Shown: positions 39,246-53,598 of the stretch, piece by piece
Numbering within the stretch: the stretch's first letter is position 1
Layout of the letters: each line of letters opens with the position of its first letter
Assembly: GCA_951406725.2 (NCBI GenBank)
Contig: OX597815.1
Span: forward strand, 213,032,001 to 213,096,000
Source of the DNA: Octopus vulgaris
Taxonomy: Eukaryota
Length of the DNA stretch: 64,000 bases
Direction: 5' to 3'
Notes under the pieces: generated by a model
What the model was told of the DNA's origin: nothing
The model's database searches: none
The model's input: the letters and a program-made list of their open reading frames with translations, nothing else
Made by a program: the position numbers and the translations under genes

Positions 39246-39979
39246 CACAGGTGCCTTTTTAAACAAATCTTATGATCAGAAGAAGAAGGATGGCATCCAT
39301 GATTTTTTCAGGTCCTCCGATGCAAGAGAGAAGAAATGAGGAGGTTACCCTTAGATGAGATATCTGCTAAAGCGATACATGAAAGGCGTGTCAAACCGAC
39401 TGATTTACATTTAGAAAGAAAATTATCCGTAGACTGGATCTGTATCAGAAAATTCCAGTAGATCTGTATCAGATCCAGTATCAGAGACAAAATTATTAAT
39501 ATAACATAATAACAATATATTGAATTTTCTCGTGTACAATGCGATTTCGAATATAATGCGGTCACTTAATTTTGTACCTGAAGACATTTTATCCTCTTAT
39601 ATACTATTTTTTTAACACCTGACTACAATGCTGTCGACACCAGTACAGTCCCTCAAATTACTTACATTCCCATGCAATAAACCTTACTTTAATTTGATTT
39701 ACTCAGCACAAGAATAACCTTTATAGGGAATCCAGAAATTTCTAAAAACAGTCGTTATAAAATTAATGTTGCCATCTTCAAAAAAAAAAAGTTCCCTCAT
39801 TTATTTCCGATAGATTAGTCACAAGTAGTGAGTTTATCTTAATCTATATATTCCCTCAAATTACTCATACATACTCTTGTACCATTTTGGAAATTGATGT
39901 TTGGTATTAAATTACTTGCAATATACAAAATAAATACGATAGATTTTTAAAAAAAATATGTCTTTATATAATGGTGTAA

Positions 39980-40195
39980 ATATAATTTCGAATTTTGGCG
40001 CAAGGCCAGCCAAATCGGGGAGGGGATAAGTTAATTACATTGGCCCTAGTGTTCAACTGGTATTTATTTTGTCGATCCTGGAAGGATGAAAGGTGAAGTC
40101 GACCTCGGCGGAATTCGAACTCAGAATGTAAAGACGGACGAAATGCCGCTAAGCATTTTGTCCGGCGTGCTAGCGATCCTGCCAGCCCACCGCCT
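39980..40195 (-). mobile_element. SINE family B with TSD ttatataatggtgtaa
   Basis: Family-B head/core; 16-bp direct repeat flanks. Confidence 0.85.
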
Positions 40196-40553
40196 TATAT
40201 AATGGTGTAATAATATTTTTTGTCTGTTTAGATAACAGTTATGTAAAGGAATTTATTACTATTACAATATAAAGAGCCTGTTACTCCCCCACTCCACCAT
40301 CTTCTGCTGTTCCCCCCCCCCCCCGCACCTTTTTTCCATTTCCTTTGTTTCTTTCTAATTAAATTCTGATGCAACTTTTGTTTCAGTTGAACTTCCTACC
40401 AAGTCAGAAGTGGTGTAAAAAGTATTGCGTCTCTGAGAGAAGAGCATAAAACTCCCTCACAGCAGCTGTCACTGCTTTCTGCACGAACGGACTTTGATCT
40501 TGTTTTTAGTTAAAAGCTACCGGAGTTTCTTTTCTTCATATCAGTTACTTAAA

Positions 40554-40769
40554 ATGTCGATTATTTATGAAATATCCTGGGTTGTGATTACTCATTTTTT
40601 AACCTTCTTTTATACGTGTTTTGCTTTGGGAAGACTGATACTATCTTTCATCATAAACCCGTTCAGTATTTTCGGCGTATTCAACTTCAGGCGGGGTCCA
40701 ATCTTTAAAGCTCCTCCACCTCAATGGAATGATGAAGAACTCGGGACCCACGGGTTTCTGTCACTCAGT
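40554..40769 (+). CDS. EPHX4: EPHX4-like exon 1
   Basis: aaaATG start, hydrophobic anchor, PPPQWNDEELGTHGFLSLS, donor AGT|gtaagt. Confidence 0.85.
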
Positions 40770-43700
40770 GTAAGTTACACTTTTACTTTTGAACAACTCC
40801 TGATACGCTGCTTTATTGTGTATATTAGAAAATACGATTTACACAATATCATATGTTCATTGAAATTTGAATAAAAACTAAAACGTGAGGCTTGTTGGTG
40901 CCCCGAGGAGAAATCATCTGATGTTTTGCGAAATTCTCGTGAGCCCTCCCTCTCCTTTTTTTCTGCTATTTACTCAACTGGCTCCTGTAAGTCTCCCACC
41001 GATTTTTAGTTTTATTTAGTAACTTTGGGGTGTTTACAAGTTACTATTGTGCGCTTCCAGGTCAGATCCGAACGAGCTGACCTATAAAGAGATAGCAGCG
41101 ATCAACACTTTTTTTTTTCATTTCTAGCATGTTTTCACTTAACTGCAGCAACAAGTGGGGATAAACTATGGTGCAATCAGAAAAAAAACGGTAAATTTTC
41201 AGAGGGGAAAATCTTTTCCAAGGGGGTGGGGAGAGAATTTCGGAAAATTCACAAGATCCGAGTTTTTCCCTCATAACTATATGTGTGTGTATATATATCT
41301 ATATATGTGTGTGTATATATATATATGTATATATTCATTGATATATATATTAAGTTTTATTTATTTATTTATTTATTTATTTTCAGAATGCTAAAGTTCA
41401 CTATGTTTGTAAAGGAGACAAAAATAAGCCCCTGATGCTTTTCATCCATGGTTTTCCAGAATGTTGGTATTCCTGGCGCTATCAAATAGTTGAGTTCAGT
41501 AAAAATTACAGGTAAGACTCTGGCTTACTTCACCTGTAATTATAAAATCTTAATTTAAAAACATCATCAGATTTGTTTCACATTTTTGCTGATAAAAAAT
41601 AGAAATTAAAATTTCATTATACTTATATACCATTTTGTATATATTTTAGGATCTTTTCTAAAAGATGGACAGAATTTTCTAGTTAACTAAACAATTTGAA
41701 ACTTCGTATACTGGTAGAATGTGTCAAAAGAAAACATTAATTTCAACTAGATTTTTTGAGAAAATTGTATTTTGTAACTTTTACGTAGTTTAATTCTTCG
41801 AATTTTAACCAATGAAATCCCAGCATTTGACCTAAATTCCATTTGCTGCGTCTAAGTAAACAGCACACACACATACACACGCACACGTGCTATTCACCCA
41901 TCACTCCTGTCTTCTGCAGGTGCTAGAAATAACAGCTATATCTCTTAAATCGATGGAATTTCGTCGCCCAATAAAAATATTAACGATATTTTTTGGACTT
42001 TTAAAACATGTTCGTATTCGTTCCGCTTTCGCAGGACATCAATTTTTTTTGCGGTTTCCACGCATTGTCTTGTTATTTCGGATCTTTTCTAAAAGATGGA
42101 CAGAATTTTCTAGATGTCCTGCGAAAGCGGAACGAATACGAACATGTTTTAAAAGTCCAAAAATATCGTTAATATTTTTATTGGGCGACGAAATCCATCT
42201 ATTTAAGAGATATAGCTGTTATTTCTAGCACCTGCAGAAGACAGGAGTGATGGGTGAATAGCACGTGTGCGTGTGTATGTGTGTGTTGTTTACTTAGACG
42301 CAGCAAATGGATTTAGGTCAAATGCTGGGATTTCATTGGTTAAAATTTGAAGAATTAAACTACGTAAAAGTTACAAAATACAATTTTCTCAAAAAATCTA
42401 GTTGAAATTTTAATGTTTTCCTTTGACACATTCTACCAGTATACGAAGTTTCAAATTGTTTAGTTAACTAGAAAATTCTGTCCATCTTTTAGAAAAGATT
42501 TGAACTAATAAATTTCTCCCTCGAAAAGTTTTATATTTTCTCAGTTTTCATGTTATCATTTGTTCGTTCATTTTTACTTCTGTTTTTCAAGCTTATAAGG
42601 GTTTGACAAATACATATTGAGACATTGTTTTACATCCAGATGTCCTTCCTGTTTCTAATCTTTGTTTTTCATGTATTACAATTTTTATTCCACTTGTCTT
42701 TCAAAGTACCAAGCTGCAGGACAATTTGCAAGGAATCCTTGTGTTTTCTGCCCAATGCTTTTTGTGTGTCTTTATTAACATTTATAAAGATGTTAATTAT
42801 ATAAACACACACACAGTGGCTTCCATCTACCAATTTCACACTCAGAGATCGTTGGTTGTCCCAAAGTGTCTTGCAATGAAATAGAGCTTGTCATTGTATG
42901 GAAAAAAAAGGGATCTCTGTACCCAAACAGCCTAGCCTACCACAAGTTTGTAAATTTTTCTAAACAAGTTTAATGTTGAAAGCTATAAAGTATGAACTAC
43001 CAATAAAAAAACCAAACCAGTTTGAATGTGTAATGCATAGCAAAATCAGTAAAAGTTCTTTAGGCATGCTTACTGTTGACACAGATTCTTCTTTTATGCT
43101 GTTGACACTCTTGGCTATTTTTCTTATTATTTATGTTGTCTCTCTCTAGTGTAGGGACAATGGTGTTTCCAGTTTAATGTCTTTTTTTTACTACACTTTC
43201 GTCAACAGCTAGCATACAACAAGTTGTCTCAACTTATTGTATGTAAATAATTATCAATTTACAAGTCCTCAACATTTAAGGTCTCTGTCTCACTGCCATG
43301 CAGCCTTGCAGTTCATACCCATGTATCATACAAACTACTTTTCTCTTTGAGAGAGATATCCTTTACAACACCAACAGAGATAAAAGCTCCCTGAACATTC
43401 TCTAGCACATTCTTACCATCACTGTTATACTTTTGGAACATCTGTTAATATTGCTTATTAGATTACCTTGATAACAGAAGCAATTAACTATTTCTAGGAA
43501 ACCATCCACACATTGAAGAAGAACATTTTCCTGTCTTCTTTTACTGTTTATTACTTCAGTGCATCTGCTACACACAAAGTCTGTTTTCTCTGTAAGCCTG
43601 CCTGCGATTCCACTATATCTCTTGTGTATTCACAGTTTATAAAGTCCTCACTCTAAGGAATTGTTAGCTACATCCTTTCTGTATATCAAGCAAGGACAAG

Positions 43701-46072
43701 GCCTCATGATTCTAGGTTTTGCCTCCACTTCTAGTATCTTCTCTCTCATTCAACTACTGTTTTAGCTGTAAGAACTGGGTCATCAGCATATAGGCATTCT
43801 CACTGTGAATTCATATAAAAGTCCTGTGTATAATAAATTGAAAGGGACTCAGAATTGAGCCTTGGGGAATCCCTACATGTATTCAAATTTCATTGCTGTA
43901 CTCATTGTTGACTGTTATCTTCTTGATTCCACCTCTATACATTGTTTGTGTGGCTCTTACAAACCATTCATCTACTCCTAGCTACCTCAGTGACCACCAA
44001 ACCACAGAGCAAGATAGCTTGAGAATGCCTTTCTCAGGCTGATGAATACTTGGCCATTGTCATATGCCTGCCACACATTGATGACACTACAATGAAAGTC
44101 TTCCCAATTCTTATTGGTATTCCTGAATGACCAAGAGCCTTTCCTTCCTTTATATTCTTAATTGCTTTTTGTATCATGATTTTGTCAACTGGAATGACAG
44201 ATCTCTGTTGGCATTACTCTAGAAAGATTCTCTTTCTCTCATGCATTATCCACAGCCTCCACAGTTTATGATAGCATCTTTCTGTCTCTTTCTTTTCAAT
44301 GCCAATGAGAGTAAATGTGCAGGGCGCAGTGGGTGGGAAGAGATGAAATTGGGGAGGTGAAGGTGGACTGGCAGTAGATTTATGCTGAGACAATAATGCT
44401 GAACTCTCATTCAGGATAAGAGCAGAGTGGAAGGTATTTGCCCTGATTAAATATGTGTTCAAAGCACATCTGGACAAAACCTTGTGTAGCTATCTCTTTA
44501 ATTGTACCATTCTACCTGCACTTTTATATGCAAGTGAGATATGGACTACTGCCCAGGAGAAGGAACAGTGGATGGCTATGATACAGGTGACCACAGAAAG
44601 ATCCATATTGGGGATATCATTGTAGGAGCATATCTGGAACCAGGTAATTTGTGAATAGAGTGGAGTGAATGAAGAGACAATGGAATAACAAAAGCACAAT
44701 CTTCACTGGACTGGAAATTGTCGCAAGATTCACAAACAACAGGTGGAACTATCCAGACCACTCAAAGACAATGGAGAATGCATTGTGACAAGCACTGTGT
44801 AATAGTCTAATAGTCTGGTCAATAAAGTAAATATATTGTTAGATTTACTCAGTGAATATTAAATATTTTCTCAAATGATATGACTTTCCATTTCAGAGTT
44901 GTTGCTTTTGATCAAAGGGGATATTCACTCTCTTCCAAATTTTCTGATAAGAAGGATTTCACATTTGAAAAACTGTCTGCTGATGTGTCTGAAGTTATTC
45001 AAACACTTGGTAGGTTCCAGCTAAAGACTAATTTTCTTGCTATTATTTCAATTTAAGTTAAGATGGTGAGCTGGCAGAATCATTAGCAAGATGGACAAAA
45101 CGCAAAGCAGCATTTCTCTGTCCTATGTTATGAGTTCAAATTCTGCTGAAGTCAGCTTTGCCTTTAATTCTTTCGTGGTTAATATAATAAATACCAATCG
45201 ATTACTGAGGTCAATGTAATCAACTAACCCTTTGACCAAATTACTGGAATTGTGCCTAGAATTGAAAGGATTGCCATATATACTCATGTAAAAGTTGAAT
45301 TTTTTAGACCATTTTTTTAAGGTCAAATTTATGGGATCGACTATTACATGGATACTACTTTTGAAGGGGTGAAATTCAAGCTAGAATCCAAAGTACTGTA
45401 TCAGCAGCAAAAGCCCAACTGATCTACAGTAATATTACCAATTCTATGCATCAAAACACATATTCTAGTAAATAGCAAAACCCATAAAGAAGACCTCAAA
45501 GTTCTTATAGATATTTACACTTTCTCTTTTATTTGTATCCATCAAACTTATCAGATTAGCTGAGTGAAATCAATTTATATCTCATAATCATGTTATATTA
45601 CCACCGGTAGCATTTCTACCTGGTACTAGCATGCCTACCGTAATATAGTGCATACAGCCGATACCTACTCGGCGTGTTTCACATCATAGGGTAAACAGTG
45701 TGTTGTGGGATGTGTATATGTTGTTCCCAACAGAAATGAAAAAAAAGGGGCAGAGTTCTGATTGAAGCAAGTACTAAAACCCCTCATAACTTTTTTTTTT
45801 TATTTTTACGAATTTTCACAAAATATTTTCTGATTCTGTCTTTTGCGTAATGGAATTAATGATTACTCTTTTACTTGCTTCAGTCAGGTGACTTGTGGCC
45901 ATGCTGGTGCACCGCCTTTAGTCGAGCAAATCGACCCCAGGACTTATTCTTTGTAAGCCTAGTACTTATTCTATCGGACTATTTCACCGATCAGCTATGT
46001 TACGGGGATGTAAACGCACCAGCATCGGTTGTCAAGTAATGTTGGAGGGGACAAACACAGACACACAAACAT

Positions 46073-46133
<61 letters not shown>

Positions 46134-49100
46134 CATATATACAATGGGTTTTTTCAGTTTCTGTCTACCAAATCCACTCACAAGGCTTTGGTCGACCCGA
46201 GGCTATAGTAGAAGACACTTGCCCAAGGTGCCATGCAGTAGGACTGAACCCAGAACCATGTGGTTGGTTAGCAAGCTACTTACCACACAGCCACTCCTGC
46301 ACTTTTTTTTTCAGATTATCCAAAAAAAAAATTCTTTTTTAAATAAATTTTGTGAAAATTCATAAAAATAAAGTTATGAGGAGTTTTAGTGCATGCTTTG
46401 ATCAGAACTCTGCCAAAAAAGTTTTAGGATGTCGTGTGCAGTTACCAGTAAATGTCTGTACTATAGTGTAGAGTTGTTAATCAGGAGCAGGGATTCCCAA
46501 AGTGTGTTTTGCAAAACCCCAGGATTCCTTGAAAGTTATCAGAGGTTCCACATTTTAAAAAATAATGTCAAAGGATTCTGTGGCAAAAAAAAAGAAGTTT
46601 GGGAACCATTGATCTAGCAAATAACTAAATGTTTTCAGGCTTACCAAAGTCATGCCTCCGTACGAATTCATACAGTGGTGTTTGCCGTTGTTTGCTGACA
46701 GCATGTCTGTGAAACACGTTTCTCATCATGTAAACAGACAAGTGTTTATTGTATCTGGAGATGAGGAAAATATAAAGGTTGCATGGAAACCACTGATCTA
46801 GCAATTAATTGAATGCTTTTAGGCTTACCAAAGTCATGCCTTTGTATGAATTCAGACTGGCATTTGCCAATAATGCTGTCTGTAAAACACATTTCTCACC
46901 ATGTAAACGAATGTATGATGCATGTGTTTATTGTGCTTGAAGATGTGTGCAGGCTTGCAGCATATCCTGTGCATACATTTTAGTAATGGTGATGTAGCAC
47001 CCATCATCAGATGTATAGTGCTCGCTATTAAATGGTGTTTTACTATAAGCACCAAGCATTCCACCTATAGAGCAGGCTACAGTAAGGTAGCCACACAATT
47101 TTGAAACAGTGTTGTTTCTACATACAGGATAATACGGTACATTGACCCACAGATGTTGTCCTGTTGTTTGTGAAATACTAGGATCAACTTTTATACGGGG
47201 TCTATGAAAAATACCCAATATTTTGGCCAAAAATAGGGGGTCAACTTTTACATGAGATCAACTATTACTCAAGTATTTATGGTATTTCAATCTAAGTTAA
47301 ATTAAATATGTTTATTTACTTGTATTAAATTTTTCAGTATGGTATAGATAATTCTTTAAATTAAGATTGTTTTTTTTTAAGAGTTCAACAGTTAATAAAT
47401 GCACTAACAACTTTACATTTCAACCAAAGTTCTCCTGAAAAAATATATTTTAGAAATTATACTCCATTCCAACCCCAGCTCAAAGTTAGATTTGTAATTT
47501 TAGACTTTCAGATAAAGCGAATAGGTCAGTAGTTATTACTGATAGTACCATTTCAGAGTTCAAATCTTGAAACTGTCACCATATTTTATCATTCACAAGC
47601 ATATTATGTATCAGTAAAAGTATGTAAATTATGTGAGGTGATGTATCTCCATTAGTTTTAACAATGAAGACTCAGTTGATCAGTCAACTAAGTTACCTGC
47701 TCATTGAATAAGCATGTAAGTGGCTGAGTATTTCACAGACATGTGTACCATTTGTATAATCAACAGGAAGAATTAGCATGACACAGTATGTGACAACTCT
47801 GTATTTTTGAAATACAGTTACTAAGATGGGCTTCTTCACAGTTTCCCTCCAATCAGTTTCACTCATTAGGCTAGGGTTGAGCTGAGGTAATTTAGTAACA
47901 GGAACCTTGTCAAAATACTTGGCAGTGAGATTGAACTGGGGGCCTTCATGTTTACAAGCAAACTTATTACCTATTCACCCATTCTATGTCAACAGAATAC
48001 TGTAATAGTGTATGAACTACATTTTATTCAGAACACAACTACACCAGTCATCTTTAGAAGGCATTCAATTACATGCTTAACCCTTTCGATACCTTTCCAT
48101 TACACATCCCCATTTAATTTTTTATGAATTTAAATTTCAAAGTTCTCTCCCTTCCCTATCTTGACAAGACACTAATGATTTTTTTTCTTTTCATTTTAAT
48201 TTTGATTTATTAAAAATTCATTATTTTCTCATTACATTGTATCAATTTGCGCTTGATAAGATTATTTCTTATATTCATGGGGCAAATTAAACACCTACAA
48301 GTTATCTTTTATTTATTTATTATAGGTTACAAAGATTGTGTGCTTGTTGGCCATGATTGGGGAGCTCTAGTAGCATGGAGTACAGCCGTTAATTATCCTC
48401 ATTTGGTTTCCAAATTAATCATTATGAACTGCCCACATCCAACAGTCTTTTCGAAATATCTTCGGAGCCATTTCTCTCAACTTAGAAAATCATGGTAAGA
48501 ATATCACATTTTTTATTCACTTCAAAGCAGCTTTTCCGAAATGGAGTTCCTGGGAAGAGCTTCTGTGGGTTCCACAACAAATACTGATATATATATAGGT
48601 AGGCAAATTGTATGTAGATGCATTTTTGAATCATTTTTTTTTGTTTAATATTGTATTCATAATTTAATTATACCTGCAGAGAAAGACGGCAAAGTGGCAG
48701 AATCACTGGAGAATTGTACTAAATGCTTTGCTCCATTCGTTCTAAATGTTTGCATTGTGAGTTCAAATCCTGTTGAGGTCAACTTTATCTTTCACCCCAC
48801 AGATGCTGATAAAATAAAGTGCTGATCAAGTATTAGGACCAATGATCTTGACTGGCCCCTTCTCATCAAACCATTACACATGCACAGTATATTCCCTAAG
48901 GTAGGGGAAACCTGGCCCCTATAAGTAATAAAGGTGCTTTACTGGTAAAATGAATTCTTAACAGGAAGTTCTGACAAAACAAGGTCTTGGTTAAGAGGAA
49001 TTCCTTAAACTTTCTTTGTGACGCTTCATGGATTTAGGATTGTCAACCATTTTACTGTCAGTTTTATGATTTTTTTAATCTTCTGTGATATTTAAGAGAA

Positions 49101-51624
49101 TGGAAATAAACATTTAATCATTCTATGAAACAGAATGTCTTGGGGGTTCCTCATGAGTAAAATGTTTGGGAAATGCTGCTCTAAAATATTTTTTTACAAT
49201 TTAACCCTTTAGCATTTTAATTACTCTGCATTTTAATTACTCTTTATCCTTATAGTCTTGAATTAATCATGTATTGTCTCATAGCTTTGAGATTTTGATG
49301 ATGCTCTTGTCCAGTTTTAGAATGTTATTGCATATTTTTGTTTATTAATGATTCTTGTTAATATTACAGTTGTTTTAGAAATATAGTGTTGTTTTCATTG
49401 TATTAATAATTAAATATTATTTATTATTATATTTGTTTTATTTAATTTTGCTAAAATAAATCTTTGATAATGTGTTAATTTTAAATAATGAATATTTACG
49501 ATTGATTTGCTGTAAATTATTTTAGTTAATTGAGTAAATACTGGTTGAATAGTAGGGTAGGTGTGAGAGGTTAGATCAGGCCAGTTTGAACATAAAACAG
49601 GAGGAATATTTTGGCCAGATATGGCTGGTTTAAATGCTAAAAGATTAAACAAAATATCTAATGTAGTTACAAAGAGTAGAAAATTGGTTCTCCCAACTTT
49701 TTCTTTCATAAATTCTTGATACCCAAAGTTTGTTTAAATGTAACATACATTTGCTGTTCAATATTGAATTAAATATCAACGCAATCAACATTGTCATTTT
49801 TAATTAAGGTCTTATATACACCCCACTCCCTCTTTTGCTACAGGTATATATTTTTCTTCCAAATGCCATATATCCCAGAATGGATGTACTCGCTCAACAG
49901 ATTTGAGGCTTTTTCTAGAGTTTTCACCAGTCGTGTTGGAGTCAGAAGTGAAAATATGACAAAGGATGATATTGACATTTACAGATATGCATTTTCCCAG
50001 CCAGGTGAGCGAATCAGTCAGAATATTTTGACTGGATTATGAAAAGCTACATGGAATTCTAAAGATAATGATAGCAGTCATTTTTATGCATAATTTTCTA
50101 TTTTAATTTCACTCAATTTTTTCACATTACTTTCACACACACACACACACACATGTATAAAATACTTTATTCTAATACTTCTATGACTGATACTTTTTTC
50201 CGTTGCTTTTATAAATGATATCTTCATGATTTAAAAGGATAACTTTTCTGGGTATTTTATATATTTTTAAAATCAAACCTTTACATTGATTAACCCTTTC
50301 GTTACAGTATTTATTTTGGCATGCTCTGTGTTTCTTTCAATTACTTTAAATATAATAAAGAATTTAGTAAAATAACTTAGTTATCATTCAGCTAGTGTTA
50401 AGAACATAAATTGTGACTGAGGTTTGGTGGAAGGTTTTAATTCAAAACTTATGAAAACAAGACATTTGTACTCAGAGCCAGAGCCAGTTTCAGCCGGGTT
50501 GGTAATGAAAGGGTTAAGATGTGTATTCATATAAAATTTAGTCTTTTCATTTGTAAACATTATCTTTCAATTTTTTTTCTTTCCTTTTTATTTCACCCAA
50601 AATTTATTTGGATGTAGGGCTCCAGCTTTACTAAAAATCTTATAACTACATTTTATCTGGTCATTTGACTTTCTTCAGACCTTTACATGAAATAAGTATT
50701 TATGTATCTAGTCAACTGCTAGCTAAGAAATCTGGTGTTACAAAGGCCAATGTTACAAGTAATTGATGGATTCACTAGTAATATATAACTTTTATTTATT
50801 TTTAATTTTGTCATTGCCATAGTATTATTTGCTGCAACTTAGACCATATTTAACAGGTATTAGTAAGACTCATTCTTTAGTACTTGCATCAAGTTTTATA
50901 AGCTTACGTTAGATTCATTAGTTATACATAGATGCACAGCTTTTACCCTCATATATTGTGTTAAGTTACTAAAACTAGAGTTATGCTTAGCACTTACTTA
51001 CAAGTAAATATTCAATTAGCTATTCTCACTTCTTAGTTTGCTGAACAGGTAAAGTTTTTAAGGTTGCTAAATGATATTCATAGTAAAAATCATCATCATC
51101 TAATGTCCATTTTTCATGCAGGCATGGGTTGGACGGTTTGAAAGGAGCTGGCCGGCCGAAGAGTTGTCCAGGCTCCAATTGTCTGTTTTGGCATGGTTTC
51201 TGTGGCTGGATGCCCTTCCTAATTACAGAGAGTTCTGGTTGGTTTTTATATGGCACTAACACAGATGCCTTATATGTGGCACCAACATCGATGCTTTATT
51301 GTCATTATTTAAAGGTTTTTCTTCGGTGACTTAATGAATCTAAATTTGTGTTCTTTTTTCTTTTCAGGAGCAATCACAGGACCCATCAACTATTACAGAG
51401 CAAATTTTCTTAATAGACAGGAAAAACTACCTAAAAACATTCTGAAAATGCCTGTTCTCATAATATGGGGAAAGCAAGATGCCTTCCTCAACCATGAAAT
51501 GGCTGCAGAATGTAGTAAATATGTTAACAATCTTTTGATAAAATACATCGAAGATGCTACGCATTTTGTTCAACTGGACCGACCAGAAATTGTTAATAAT
51601 ATCATGTGGCAATTTCTTAATTAG
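40554..51624 (+). CDS. EPHX4: Epoxide hydrolase 3/4-like alpha/beta-hydrolase, complete, 346 aa; exons 40554-40769, 41387-41511, 44897-45009, 48326-48494, 49844-50004, 51368-51624
   Basis: Six exons with GT-AG sites and consistent phases (1041 nt including stop). N-terminal hydrophobic anchor, HGFPECWYSW oxyanion motif, DQRGYS, GHDWG nucleophile Asp, lid tyrosines (SWYIFFFQ, INYYRA), WGKQD acid, THFVQ catalytic His. Confidence 0.92.
41387..41511 (+). CDS. EPHX4: EPHX4-like exon 2 (NAKVHYV...HGFPECWYSWRYQ)
   Basis: ttttcag acceptor, AG|gtaaga donor, HGFP motif. Confidence 0.93.
41651..42499. repeat. ~390-bp near-perfect inverted duplication in EPHX intron 2
   Basis: 41651-42040 is the reverse complement of 42113-42499, with a 72-bp spacer. 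Confidence 0.95.
43080..44230 (-). mobile_element. RTE-type LINE reverse-transcriptase fragment
   Basis: The minus strand reads VGIPQGSILSP (~43843-43875) followed by a YADD-like motif (~43780-43792); degenerate. Confidence 0.7.
44897..45009 (+). CDS. EPHX4: EPHX4-like exon 3 (VVAFDQRGYS...VIQTLG)
   Basis: tttcag acceptor, G|gtaggt donor, DxRGY motif. Confidence 0.92.
45750..46413. mobile_element. MITE-like inverted-repeat element interrupted by a family-A SINE (45863-46300)
   Basis: gcagagttctgattgaagcaagtactaaaacccctcataactt versus aagttatgaggagttttagtgcatgctttgatcagaactctgc. Confidence 0.55.
46606..46960 (+). repeat. Diverged ~185-bp tandem duplication
   Basis: cca.tgatctagcaa...ggcttaccaaagtcatgcct...catgtaaac occurs twice. 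Confidence 0.75.
48326..48494 (+). CDS. EPHX4: EPHX4-like exon 4 (GHDWG nucleophile)
   Basis: tatag acceptor, TG|gtaaga donor. Confidence 0.93.
49844..50004 (+). CDS. EPHX4: EPHX4-like exon 5 (YIFFFQMPYIPE...AFSQPG)
   Basis: ctacag acceptor, CAG|gtgagc donor. Confidence 0.92.
50294..50513. mobile_element. piggyBac-type MITE (other copies 33898-34115, partial ~15780-15913)
   Basis: TTAA-CCCTTT...AAAGGG-TTAA ends; internal sequence shared between copies. Confidence 0.8.
51368..51624 (+). CDS. EPHX4: EPHX4-like exon 6 (INYYRA...WGKQD...THFVQ, stop)
   Basis: ttttcag acceptor, TAG stop; AATAAA at 51855 and 51881 are possible polyA signals. Confidence 0.93.
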
Positions 51625-52636
51625 TTACCAAAATATAGTTACTTCTAATACTGATTAATCACGTGTATACTTACAAAAATGACTTGTTTTGTAACTTCAA
51701 AGTCTTTCTTATGTTGATTTTTTTTTGTTACTGAGTGAGAAACTTGAAAAGTGTACTAATGCAATGTGCTGCAAAAGTTACACACACACACACACTTCTA
51801 ATTGATCCTGTTGTAAAGATGACTTTCAACTCTAGACAATCCACTTTGTTTTCTAATAAATCTTGTGTTTATGACTTTGGAATAAATAATTAAAAACTCA
51901 TCTGTATTTCTTTAAATTAATTTATTCTTGAATTGATAACAATATTCTATATTCTTGGACATTTGAATTTTCCTAAACAATAGAATAGCAAGTTGGATTC
52001 AGTATCTCATGGTCACACTTTCTAACTCTGTTGCATCAGAAATATATATTAGTTATATAGTGGAGTTCATCAGCTGATCCCTTTCGGAAAAAGAATTAGT
52101 TTTCTGTTTGTGTAGTGGTTGGAATGTTTTTGCATGTTCATATGTTTACCCTTCACCGTTCTGTCTCTGCAATGTTTGATGCTGCTGCCTCTGGGACTGT
52201 AAGTTTCTATGTGCACCAACTACATTGGATGGTCAGCAATATATATATCAGAAAGTTGTATTTTGTGTATTTTTAATTCTTATACAAATATCAGCTTTTG
52301 ACCCCAAAAGTTCAATTGACACCGAGGCATTTATCAACACCCTGAGTAGTTACATCAACTCCCAGGGATTGATATCACCACTTTGGAGACCCTTGGTTTA
52401 CACCAAAAGCTGGATTTCATTGGAAAGCCTAATTAGTTCAATTATCCAGGCTTAATCAAAGCTTAAGGGTATGCAACTACATGGATATTAAAATCTCTTG
52501 TAACATAAAGAACTTCATAAATATTAAATCTTATAGATGCATTTTCAGTTGCAATATGCATTGGAGATCAATGTGTTACAATTTGTATATACATCTCTAT
52601 CCAAGGAAGTTTTTTTCCAGGTTTTTCCAGAGATAC

Positions 52637-52857
52637 CTATTTCTTTACTACCCACAAGGGGCTAAACACAGAGAGGACAAACAAATGGATTAAGTCGATT
52701 ATATTGACCCCAGTGCGTAACTGGTACTTATTTAATCGACCCCAAAAGGATGAAAGGCAAAGTCGACCTCGGCGGAATTTGAACTCAGAGCATAGCGACA
52801 GACGAAATACCACTAAGCATTTCGCCCGGTGTGCTAACGTTTCTGCCAGATCGCCGC
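52637..52857 (-). mobile_element. SINE family B
   Basis: Family-B head/core/tail, flanking ccagagata repeat. Confidence 0.85.
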
Positions 52858-53598
52858 CAGAGATATCAATGACCAAACAGTATTTCAAATTACTTTCTTT
52901 TAACTAGGTAGAAATTCATAGATTTACAGAATTTACCTGGACATCATTTATCCAATGGAAGGAATGTGAAATAGCTTCAGCTGAGAAGTGAGACCTGCTC
53001 AAGGTCTCTGCATGTTAGGCTACTATTTTGTACTCTGTACCATTCAACAATATTCTATAAATAATTTTATGTGTAATTGACTGGCTGATTATCAATGTAG
53101 GTTGAAGGAACATCTTTTTATCAGTCTGTTTTCTAATGTATAAATATTCAAATATTGTAAAGATAAGTTCTATATAAGCCACGTCTATGACCTAATACTT
53201 TATTTCTGACTGAGGTCAGTATTATGTCATTTATGTTACTAATACCCTTGTTGTTTCAGTAAAATAAATTTAAGAATATAAATAATTTTATCATGATTTC
53301 AATGTTTTAGATAAAATCATTTGCTAAATATTCATTTATATCAAATACAAAGGTAGTTTATTCACATTTCCTGTGTCTCCTTGTAATTAGAATTTATTTT
53401 ACCTGTTTTACACCTACTTTATTAAAATGGTTTCAAATTTTGGCACATGACCAGCAATTTTAGGGGAGAGATTAGTTAATTACATTGACCCTAATGCTCA
53501 ATTGATACTGATAAGGGGAGAGGCAAAGTTGATCTTGGCAGAATTTGAACTCCCTGCATGGGAGGTAATGCAAACCTACCAAAAAATTGTGTTGCTGT

